A DNA stretch of 64,000 bases from the human T2T-CHM13v2.0 reference genome, Homo sapiens: assembly GCF_009914755.1 (NCBI RefSeq), contig NC_060935.1. One strand, written 5' to 3'. The notes under the pieces were generated by a model that was not told where the DNA came from, did no database searches, and was given only the letters and a program-made list of their open reading frames with translations. Every line of letters begins with the position of its first letter. The stretch's first letter is position 1. Positions 37,177 to 48,379 of the stretch are shown here, in pieces. Both the position numbers and the translations under genes were made by a program.

Positions 37177-39105
37177 GAGACACCATCTCACATCAGTGAG
37201 AATGGCTACTATTAAAAAGTTTTAAAAATATCAAATGCTGGTTAGGCTATAGAGAAAAGGTGATACTTATACACTGTTGATAGGAATGTAAATTAGTTCA
37301 GCCTCCGTGGAAAGCAGTTTGGAAATTTCTCAAAGAACTTAGAACTATCATTTTACCCAGCAATCCCATTACTGGATATATATATACCCAAAGGAAAATA
37401 AACCATTCTACCAAAACTACACATGTACTCATATGTTCATCACTGCACTATTCACAACAGCAAAGACATAGAACCAACTCAGCAAAGACACAGAACCAAC
37501 TGGATAAAGAAAATATAGTACATATACACCATGGACTGTTATGCAGCCATTAAAAAAATAAAATCACATTAATTTGAGATGGATTAAAGACTTAAATGTT
37601 AGACCTAAAACCATAAAAACCCTAGAAGAAAACCTAGCCAATACCATTCAGGACATAGGCATGGGCAAGGACTTCATGACTAAAACACCAAAAGTAACGG
37701 CAACAAAAGCCAAAATAGACAAATGAGATCTAATTAAACTAAAGAGTTTCTACACAGAAAAAGAAACTACCATCAGAGTGAACAAGCAACCTACAGAATG
37801 GGAGAAAATTTTTGCAATCTACTCATCTGACTAATATCCAGACTCTACAAAGAACTTAAATAAATTTACAAGAAAAAAACAACCCCATCAAAAAGTGGGC
37901 AAAGGATATGAACAGACACTTCTCAAAAGAAGACATTAATGCAGCCAACAGACACATGAAAAAATGCTCATCATCACTGGCCATCAGAGAAATGCAAATC
38001 AAAACCACAATGAGATACCATCTCACACCAATTAGAATAGTGATCGTTAAAAAGTCAGGAAATAACAGGTGCTGGAGAGGATGTGGAGAAATAGCGCTTT
38101 TACACTGTTGGTGGGAGTGTAAATTAGTTCAACCATTGTGGAAGACAGTGTGGCAATTCCTCAAGGATCTAGAACTAGAAATACCATTTGACCCAGCGAT
38201 CCCATTACTGGGTATATATCGAAAGGATTATAAATCATGCTACTATAAAGATACATATGTTTATTGCAGCACTATTCACAATAGCAAAGACTTGGAACCA
38301 ATCCAAATGTCCATCAGTGATAGACTGGATTAAGAAAATGCAGCACATATACACCATGGAATACTATGCAGCCATAAAAAAGGATGAGTTCATGTCCTTT
38401 GTAGGGACATGGATGAAGCTGGAAACCATCATTCTGAGCAAACTATCACAAGGACAGAAAACCAAACACTGCATGTTATCACTCATAGGTGGGAATTGAA
38501 CAATGAGAACACTTGAACACAGGGCAGGGAACATCACACACTGGGGCCTGTTGTAGGGTAGGGGGCTGGGGGAGGGATAGCATTAGGAGAAATACCTAAT
38601 GTAAATGCCAAGTTGATGGGTATAGCAAACCAACATGGCACATGTATACCTATGTAACAAACCTGCACATTGTGCACATGTACCCTAGAACTTAAAGTAT
38701 AATAATAAAAAAGACACAAACACCCCAAATAAAGAGATTAATATTACTTTAAGAATAAAAAATAAATAAATAAAATAAAATCACATCCTTTGCAGCAACA
38801 TGGGTGCAGCTGGAGGCCATTATCCTAAGCAAATTAACACAGAAACAGAAAACCAAATATCACATGTTCTCACTTATAAGTGGTAGCTAAGCATTGGGTA
38901 CACATGGACATCAAGATGGGAGCAATAGACACTGAGGACTACTAAGGAGGATGAGAGAGAGTGAAGAAATAGCTGAAAAACTACCTATTCCTTACTATAC
39001 TCACTACTTGGGTGATGGGATCACGTGTACCCCAAACCTCAAAATCAAACAATATAGCCATGTAGCAAACCTGCACATGTCCCCCCTGAATCTAAATAAA
39101 AGTTG
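37175..39105 (+). mobile_element. L1PA15-17-like 3' fragment, interrupted at 37570-38786 by a younger L1
   Basis: ATGAGACACCATCTCAC...; resumes CCTTTGCAGCAACATGG...CCCCTGAATCTAAATAAAAGTTGA. Confidence 0.85.
37570..38771 (+). mobile_element. 5'-truncated L1PA5-7-like insertion with extra 3' sequence
   Basis: ORF2 C-terminus ([10 protein letters not shown]...CWRGCGE...HCWWECK); 15-bp TSD AAAATAAAATCACAT at 37555-37569 and 38772-38786. Confidence 0.92.
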
Positions 39106-39106
39106 A

Positions 39107-39274
39107 CAGAAGCTCTCTGGGGCCTTTTTCATAAGAGCACTAACATATTCATCAAGGCTCCACCTTCATGATATAATCACCTCCCAAGGAACCCACATGT
39201 TAATACCATCATATTGGCAATTAGATTTTTTGACATACAAATTTTGGGGGGATGCATACATTCCATCCACAGCA
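39107..39274 (-). mobile_element. 5' half of an MLT1A/MST-class LTR
   Basis: Reverse complement begins TGCTGTGGATGGAATGTATGCATCCCCCCAAAATTTGTATGT. Confidence 0.75.
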
Positions 39275-40420
39275 GCTAGCTAGAACATAATGTACATGGT
39301 TCTAATTGCTTATTTAGTTGGTTGACTAAAACCTACACTGAACAGTTGCCTGAGTAAAGTGAAGGCCAGAACAAATTCCTTGGTGTTATTAAAAGAGACA
39401 ATTGAAAGTTTGGGAAGATATGGTATGTTGAGCTGGTTTTAACATGTGCATTCCATGTATGTAGCCCAAGTATGCATCTTCCAAGAAGATCTCAGGAGCA
39501 TCTTCTACTCCATGACATTGAACTCACTGGTAAAGAAGCATAACTATTATTAAGAAGTACTGAAATCACTATTTTATGTAGCTCTGAGATGTAAGAGATG
39601 AATAGCAAATCTAAATGGGATCAATTTCAATAATGATATCAAAACCCTAAAGTGACAGAGGTCATATGTGTGCTAAAAGTATAACACCAAGGTCAATAGG
39701 GCAATCATAACAGTAGCCAAAAATGTCTGACCTATAGGGAACTTTAGAGGTGGCTAATTAAATATAATGTCCTTAAAATCATTGCTGGACAACCCAGTAA
39801 GGTGCTACTTGATATGTACGATTCAATACATTCTAGGGACAGAGAGCAAGAAAGGAAACTGATTTGAAATACTATGAAATGTAGTGAAAGCTCCTCACAC
39901 AATTCTCAGACCTGAATCAATTCAGAGATCTAGAGTATCTTAAAGAAATATTTTGTAAATTGAGAAAAAACCTTGCAGTAACATCACATACTTATTCGGA
40001 TACACATATATACTCTCATTCTTCAACTATTCCAAATGATTTTGAGGCTATTTAAAGGTAACTATTAATGAGAAAGGGAAATACCCAGACTTTCAGGAGT
40101 TATTACACATGACTTTGAGCTGCACTAATTTTTGGAGGTCCAGAAGTCCACTGTTGTCCAGTCTGCCAATCATAGAGGAAGCTTATAAGAATCAGGATGT
40201 AAGTGGAATTTTGACCTAATTTCACCTTATTGTGAGCCCAATATCAACCAGATTTAGAATTGGAATAGATTTGGTCATCAACTGCCAAAATTACCCCAAT
40301 ATTGGCTCCTGGATCTAGGGAATAGAGCTATTACATTGGAAGGTTCAAGTGGAGGCCCCTGGATCTACTCATCCCAGCCAATATGGCAAATCAAAGAATG
40401 TTGATTTCTTCAGGAAAATG
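39275..40420 (+). mobile_element. Ancient ERVL internal fragment
   Basis: ERVL gag/pro-like motifs (TTCTCAGACCTGAATCAATTCAGAGATCTAGA, GGAAATACCCAGACTTTCAGGAGTTATT, AAGTGGAGGCCCCTGGA). Confidence 0.6.
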
Positions 40421-40889
40421 GGGTAAATAATCTGATTTTTATTATCATTATTATTCAGTCCTACTATCACGCTGGCTCTGATCTGAAGCCAGGGCTGATT
40501 TATTGCAATCATAAGCAAATATATTTTACAGCTCATTAGTATAATTACATACCTTTGATCTGAAAGTTGTTTACCTGAAATTAGACTTTGGGTTTGGATT
40601 AGCTGGCTCACAGTTCAATGACTCTTCAGAGAACAGGGCAACTTCTGCTCATAGTAAATTTTAGAGACCCCATGGAGTCTAAAGATTGTCCAGGGATTCA
40701 CATCTCCTGTGTCTGGAACTGAAGATGAGGTGCAGAATTGAAGACAAAGCCCCAGAGGACTCATAGGTGAGACGACATCTCTGCCAACCCCTGCTTCCCT
40801 AGCATCTCAAGCTGATACATCTGTAAATCATAGCACATCCCCAGATAATGGGGCATTACAGCAACAGGGGATGTCATTAATTCTCATTC

Positions 40890-40937
<48 letters not shown>

Positions 40938-40940
40938 ATA
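40890..40940. repeat. (TA)n(TG)n microsatellite
   Basis: Seen directly. Confidence 0.9.
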
Positions 40941-42626
40941 TTCAAATAGCAATTACAAATACTAAGAAATACACCATTTCCCCCTTTGGGGCCTGAAACT
41001 ACCTGACTCTCTGAAATTGAAAAAAAACTGGCATTTTTAAATAAAATTTCTAAAATCTCTACTAACTACTTTGTGGATGACTGGTGAGTACTGTCTGAAT
41101 CTATAGTTTGCCCCACCCCTGACAGCGACCATCTGGTCAGGTTTCATTCAGAAACCAATAACAGGCTTGAAAATAATCTCTTACGTCAATCTGTGCAAAT
41201 GCGTGCATGTTCACCAAGTGAGAGTTCTGAAAGATTCTATGAATGGTGGGGATCCAGGTTTCAAGCAAACAGAATCTGACATAAATAGTAAAACTAATAA
41301 GAGTAAGAACGAGACTAAAGAAGGCATTTTTAACCTTGCATTAAGAATTGCCTTTGTAGAAATAACTCCTGGCCAAAAAGATATCAAAATCTTTTACTAT
41401 ATTGTTTTATAGTAAAATGCTAAAGAAAATTATCTTCATCTTCATGTCTTGTTTTATCAGATTGCTTTTGTTAAGTTCAATAATAATTAAGGAGATGCGT
41501 ATTTCCTTTTTTTCCAAGTTACATACAAATTGTGTTTTAAGTGTGTACACTTGCAAATTAAATACTTGGGGGAAGAGCATTCAAAGATTAATAATATGCA
41601 ATTTAAAAAGCAAAACAATATAAAATGTGAAAAGAAAGAATTTTAAATGTCAAATTAGGTATAAAGTAAGTACATAGACTAAAGGAAATAGGTCTTCTTA
41701 TTCAACTGCATGCACTTGTGAATAAGTTTAAATAATTCTGAAAATAGAATGGCTAGAAATAATTATAGACACCCTAGTAGGTAACAATAGCTTTGAAGCA
41801 TGAATTAGTTAATTAATGCTATAGTTCTAGGTATTCAATTGGTCAATAAAGGACATTTTCACTTAATGTCATATCTAAAAGAGCAGGAAAGAAAAGGATA
41901 TGAGGGTGTAGTGTAGCAATGAATGTTCTGTCAGCTCTTTGGACATCTGTCTGTGTGGGAGGACAACACACCTAGAATACCAGTCAAATAACAGCATCTT
42001 ATAATCTTATCATACATTTGTCTTATCTTCCTGATGTAAATCATATGAAGTCCGTGGTGCTCCATGCCAGTGGCATATTAACATATCCTTAAATAAAAAT
42101 ATCAAGCCATGATGTATTATCAGAATTCCTTCCATTGAATATTTTTCTAGATTACCCTTTTACTTGGATATTTTCATTCCCAGGTAACAAAACTGCACAT
42201 GTCCCCCCTAAATCTAAAGGTTGAAAAGAAATAAATTGATATATAAAGAATGAAATTAAGCAAAATACACATATATAAAAAGAAATTAATGGCTAAAATC
42301 AGGCTCAGATGTAAGATGGAATATTATCAGAATGCAGGCCTACAGTGGTATAAATCAAGGAAGGGATAAGAGAAAAAGATTTTTAAATGGCTTGGGGTGA
42401 GAGTCACAGGAGCAAATGTCAATTTTTTAAAAACCATGTTCAATGTGCTTTGTAGACATGAATGAAGTAATACAATTTTGGAGTTATGTTTGCAGAACTA
42501 ACACGACAATGTGCTGAGAGAAAGCTATTTACATCTAATCTCAATCCTACTGATTATTCATTGTCTTCCTCAATGCCTGTGAATATTTCATTTTTTTCCC
42601 AGAAGAAAATAAATTCAAGGAACAAA

Positions 42627-43490
42627 ATGACTGCAGAGATTCAGTATACCAGACCAAAGTGCCTCCATGTGTTCCCCAAAAATCAAGAGCATCAAAGGTC
42701 TCTCTCCATATCTTTCTTAATATTGAATGTCCTCATCCTCGTATGGAAATAGGAGCCAATCCTGACACCCCAATTTGGTTGGAATTTCTCTTGTCCCATG
42801 CACATTTCAGTGTGTATGGGCTGCTGCCATTCCCACAGTATACTGCACAGTCTCATTTTACAGAGAGCAACCAATGTCATGATGGGCACCTTTATCCAGA
42901 TTTATTTCTTACATGCCCCACTCACCAAGGATCACCATTTCCTAGCCAGAGAATCCTATGGGCAATCCAGGTCCATCAGGCACTCTGTGAGCTACATAGT
43001 CACAGTGACTGTGGAAGTTCAAAGGGAGCTGCTGGCCCAGCCTCACTTGAGTTCAAGGACACACACAATGGCAGTCTCTCTGCTTCTGCGTGCTGACTGG
43101 ACTATCGTCTGTCTCTAGTCTTACACAGCCCCTCAGACTCTAACTCTTACCTGTTAGGGTTTTGCTCAAAAGATTGCCAGATTTTTTTTTTAACTGGTGT
43201 TGCCTTAAAGATCACCAGTGCTATGAGGACCATCTTCATCCTTCAGGTACCCAACCTGGCTTTAGTCCCAAGGATTCTCCCCTCTGAAGCTTTTTGCAGC
43301 CACGTCTTCCACCTCTCAATCCTGAGTCTATCCAACCTTATTCTCTGAGATTACAAAACAAACTGGCTCAAGTCTTGTCCTAAATTGTGCCAGGTAACCA
43401 CAGCCATAATCATGCTGAACCCCCTTCATACACTTCAAGGCATTCTGAGGGAAGGAATTTCCCAGAGACGGTCCCAATAAAAAGACTATT
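42627..43490 (+). pseudogene. Highly decayed full-length olfactory receptor pseudogene (family 5-like)
   Basis: Colinear motif matches to OR5E1P: SLSISFLILNVLILVWK*...CPMH ~ [18 protein letters not shown]...TPMY; GTFIQIYF ~ GCFAQLYF; PQTLTLTC ~ PPLLALSC; TIFI; AFCSHVFHL ~ AFSTRASHL; IMLNPL; splice acceptor at 42601-42602. Confidence 0.85.
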
Positions 43491-44148
43491 GAATGTGCAT
43501 CAAAGGGAAGCACATTAAAGCCTCTGCTGTCAATTAAGCTGAAACTGAAGCCCAGTCTGTTTGGTGTCATCTGGTCTTGGAAACTGAGATAATACGTTTG
43601 AATTTCAAAAATATCAAATGTAAAAAACCAAAATGTTCTGTATAAAACAAAAGAAACAGTCCATATTTTAAAACTTTGCTGAGTGGTTGTTTGTTTTTTT
43701 CTCAAATAAAAATTTTCTTCATGCCATTTCTTTTTTCTCTTACATACTCTATGGGGCATGTGGGTGGGGAATACAGAAGACATTCATTTCTCACATCACA
43801 CAACACCTATTTATTTTGAGCTTATGCAGTAAAAATTCTGAGTTAGTCTCACCCATGGACTTTCCTCTCTGAAGGAAAACAACACAAGTTAATTTTACTA
43901 TTAAAAAAATTTAACAGTATTATGTGAATCATTTTCTGGAAAAATATTTTTCTGTTATAGCACATGTTATTGAATAAATCCTGTAGGTCGATATGTTTGT
44001 GTCATTCAAATAAATCTGATGGATGCAAACAATTGGGCATTCGAATTGTGATAGTCATAATGTAATCACAGCCCAGAGTGTCTTTTCTCAGGTCGTAAAG
44101 AGCAGAGACTTTCCTGGGCCAAACAACCAAGCCACACACATGGCTCAC

Positions 44149-44666
44149 AAATACAAAGAAAGTAAATGCAGGAGTGAAAAAGCCTTCCTTTACCCTGAAG
44201 CTTGAAATTTCCCACTCCAGGATAGTATCAGCACTTCTTCCAACTGATTTAAATTAAATACAAAGAAAGTAAATGCAGGAGTGAAAAAGCCTTCCTTTAC
44301 CCTGAAGCTTGAAATTTCCCACTCCAGGATAGTATCAGCATTTCTTCCAACTGATTTAAATTAAATACAAAGAAAGTAAATGCAGGAGTGAAAAAGCCTT
44401 CCTTTACCCTGAAGCTTGAAATTTCCCACTCCAGGATAGCATCAGCACTTCTTCCAACTGATTTAAATTAAATACAAAGAAAGTAAATGCAGGAGTGAAA
44501 AAGCCTTCCTTTACCCTGAAGCTTGAAATTTCCCACTCCAGGATAGTATCAGCACTTCTTCCAACTGATTTAAATTAAATACAAAGAAAGTAAATGCAGG
44601 AGTGAAAAAGCCTTCCTTTACCCTGAAGCTTGAAATTTCCCACTCCAGGATAGTACCAGCACTTCT
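44149..44666. repeat. 107-bp tandem repeat (VNTR-like), ~4.8 copies
   Basis: Units start at 44149, 44256, 44363, 44470 and 44577; only 3 single-base differences seen. Confidence 0.97.
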
Positions 44667-46535
44667 AGCCCTGCTTAAATTTTGGTAAGAGTAAGACAGA
44701 ATTATAGGTGGACATTCCTCGGAGCTTAACCGACTCTATACTGTATTAATAGGGAAACATTTCATCAAGGGAAATCTAAGCCTCAAACCAAATGCGGCAG
44801 CACATCAGCTACTCCAGTGCACACAGGATAATTCAGAGCCCCCACCCACCCACGGTGCTATGAAAGAATCATCAACCCCACATGAGTTCCTGGCTGTGGT
44901 AGAACAAAGTATCAGTTGTTTTGGGTTATGTCCCTAGCACTTACTGGTCATTGCCTTCAAGAAAGAATGTTACCAAGATTCTTACAATCTAGAGAATGCT
45001 CTGTCTCAAAGTGTATCCCCAGTTGAATGCATGAATCATATGTGTACCTTCCTTTAACATGAGTCCTTCCCCAAAACTAGAATTAAATCTCATGACCAAG
45101 CTGATCCTTAAAAACACCTTCCTCCTCTTTAGAATCTCGCTGATGACTGACACCCCTGGACTTAGAATTTCTCTTTCTCAGATTTGTGAGCAATAGGGTG
45201 GCATAGTGTAAATGCTGGTTCAGAAGTGCCGAAGTCAGTCTTCCCTTAGCTCTGTGAGACACAGAGTGTCAGTTGCTCCCTTCATCTCCTCCCTTCTGGG
45301 CATTCACCCAGACAAAATCCGCAATGTCATCTGCTTTCTGCAAACCCAGTCTTTAGAAGGCCTGGCTGGATTTCACCCCAGATATTCAGTTCCTAGAATT
45401 GGCTCCTCATGCAATGAGAATTCCACAGAAAAACCAATTCTTGCTAAAAAGTACATTACCATTTGTACTGGGACTAGACAGTGAAATGATAGTGATGAAA
45501 TGTGACATAAATGGCAGTAGTTCAGCTGGCTCTCTGACTCTGTCCCCAACTCCGGCCCCTTTGGTCACTACCCAAGATAGGCACAGTCCTAGGGACTGGA
45601 AACAAATGTCCTATGGCTTATTGTTAAGGTAACCTGGTGATGAGCAACTACAGCATTTGCAAAATCATGGAGTTCTTCTATTCGCAAATCAAACTTACAT
45701 TGCACTCTCCACCAGATATAGCCTAGATATTCTCCCTCCTCACCAGAATGAAAAGTCACAGATTTACCTTCTACAAGTTACTTAAACTGACAAAGTTGAC
45801 TAAGAAAGACCACTAAAACCAAACCTCCAGGTCTGACCCAATATTGTAGTTTTTTTCCAGTTTCCTCCTCTTTGGTGTGAATTAATGAACTTCAGGAATG
45901 CTGAGGGAGAGAAAATGCACTTTCTAATTTGAGAATGCTCTTGACTTCAGCTCTGCCTTGACTTAAATGCTAAGGTTGCGGACAGTGTCGTTGTACTTTA
46001 AGGGCTGTACAACCAGGTTCTAATCTTTTTTTCCCCAGTGGCCATGAGAAAAAGGCCAGCCGCATTGAGAAACTGACCCTAGCCACACCAGGAGGCATGG
46101 ATTGCCCCAGTTTCAATCCAGAGAGAAATGGAGAAGGGAGAGAGGGGAGGAGGTCTACAGGACCATTAGAACATTCAGTCTCTGACTCCTTAATTTGATT
46201 TGATGGGAAATACACAACAGTAGGAGAAATGAACACTACTTTTCTCTTACAATATCTTTTGGGATAAATATGCTAACCAAGATCATCTTTCCTTTGCAAG
46301 CAAAAATGTCCTATATGTGCATCCTAGTCATACAATCTTTGCATAATCTTACCTAGCCTCCCATAAAACATTTACAGCCACAACTTCAAGGCCACCCACT
46401 GTAGATGTCATGGAAAAGGGAGGATGGCTGTCTCCTAGTATCACACCCAAGGTTCTGAACATGGGAGGCATCCTGAGAACAGGCACCAAAGCATCATGAC
46501 CTGAGTCATCTTTAGTCACGGGGATGATTTAAGGA

Positions 46536-46806
46536 TTTTAATTCCCAAGGGTGATTTAAATCAAATGTAAAGTATCTCAGAGAAACCTGTATAAACTGTT
46601 CCCTAGGTACCCACGAAGTTCTGGAATCACAATAGATAACAGACTTATTACACTGTAACTTTATAAGTACAGTTTCTGTGGAGCACAAAAACCAAGCCCT
46701 CCAGTCAGATATGAAGAAGTCTGTTTGTCTGACTGGAAATGCACTAGATGGATGCTTCCAGAACACTGGGAATCCCGACTAACTGTCCGACAGGCGCTTG
46801 GTAAGT
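46536..46806 (+). promoter_or_regulatory. Candidate OR-type promoter and non-coding exon 1 (for OR5E1P)
   Basis: TTTTAATTCCCAAGGGTG (homeodomain core abutting an O/E-like site), TATAAA 46590, TCCCTAGGTA 46600, donor TTG|GTAAGT at 46801. Confidence 0.4.
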
Positions 46807-47409
46807 TGCATTTACTTCTAAGGCTGTCATGTCTAAAGCCACAAGGCAGCCAAGAGAAGGGTTTCAGTTCCAGGACTGTGAGGAGGACAGGGCTTTGGGA
46901 CAGGTGTGCTTTGTTTCCACCAGAGGTGAAATGGGGAAATATTGGTTGGCTCTTACTTGGAAAGCTGGGATTTTTTTTTAACCAGTGGATTATTCTATGA
47001 GGAAACTGCAGCAGGGACCTGAGAAACACAGGAAGCCTCTGAAATCACAGGCAAAATTTTATGTAAGTCAAGTCTTCCTAGGGATGGGTACTTAGCTTTC
47101 ATCAGATTTTCAAAGTGGTTTATGTTCTTTCACTTTCTAAGATTTAAGAATATTTCTTAGGTTCTTCAACCAAGTTGTTTGAATTGTTTCCCCATAAACA
47201 GTAAAGGTAAGGAAGAAAACAGCAATGAGTTGTCAAATGTTGAACAAACTGGTTAAACACAATAAATTGTAAATGTGCTGGAACAAATTAAGAGGAAGTG
47301 TTACTGAACTCATTCCAATATGCCTACAATTTCCTCACAGGAGTCTAATCTTGCAAGAAAAAAATAGGGAAAACAAAATTATGAAAAAATAAACACTGAC
47401 AAATCATAA

Positions 47410-47620
47410 GTGGAGAGATAGTTTAGGCAGAGGGCTCTGGAATCAGCCTACCTGGTTTCAGATCCTGCCTCATCTATTTTGGGAATCTGACAAACTACTG
47501 AGCATTTCTATGTCTTAGTTTCCTCCTTAAGAAAATAATGAAAATAACAGTTATGTACTAAATAATATATGTAAAGCAGAATGAATCTTGGCATATTGAA
47601 AGTATTCAGATAACTACTCA
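47410..47620 (+). mobile_element. MIR
   Basis: GGGCTCTGGAATCAGCCTACCTGGTTTCAGATCCTGCCTC...TCTTAGTTTCCTC. Confidence 0.65.
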
Positions 47621-48379
47621 TTATTTGGATTCATTAAGTTTGAGAGTCATTAAATCTCAGCATTTTTGTAAAAGCAGACCACAAATTTTTGCTTAAGTAG
47701 AAAATTATAAGACAAATATTTATAATTAGAGATTTACTATTTTGTTTTTCCTGGAATTTATCATCAGGTCTAGTTATATTCTAAAAACTAATAGCCTTGA
47801 TATTATTAGTAATCCTTAAACTTAAAAGTTATTTCAATTAGAAGTTCCTTGGAATGCAGAATAACATTTTAATAGGATAAAATGATACACAAATATTTAG
47901 CTAATGGAATAGAAATTTTTAAAAACCTCCAAATTAGAATGTGTTAACCATGTCTTAGAAACTTTAGAGGCAAATGTGAAATCACATCAGTAACAGCTAA
48001 CAGAGTTAAAAAAAAATATCTTCTGCCAGGCAAGAGCTGTTAAAGCTAGAATCTCCACACTGGTTTTTAGACTCTTCCAGAATTACTAAACCTTTCCATG
48101 TCTCAGTTTGAAGTGGTAACTGCTCGAATGGACGTGGAAGACTTGATCACTTCTAGAAATGAACCCAAAAGAATTTAGATGGCACAGAATTAAAAAAAAA
48201 AATTACAAGCAAACATTTTAATGGGTAAGACTGTCTAAGTGCAGTGCCTGAAGAGGTTTGGTTTTGTGTTAGGCTATGATTGAGAGAGATAAGACCACAA
48301 CAAAACAGGTTACATCTACCATAAGCTAGGAGTGTCAGAAATGCTCATATTTCCAAGGTTCCTTACTACTTTTTAGACA

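Noticed and set aside
35813-39105. Twin-primed (5'-inverted) single L1
   Set aside because: Both arms contain an L1 3' terminus and overlap in consensus position; twin priming gives only one 3' end
42659-43783. 145-aa (+) and 151-aa (-) ORFs as novel proteins
   Set aside because: Off-frame or antisense shadows of the OR relic, with no recognisable domain
44149-44666. Repeat array as CRISPR-like
   Set aside because: Units are contiguous and identical with no unique spacers; eukaryotic context
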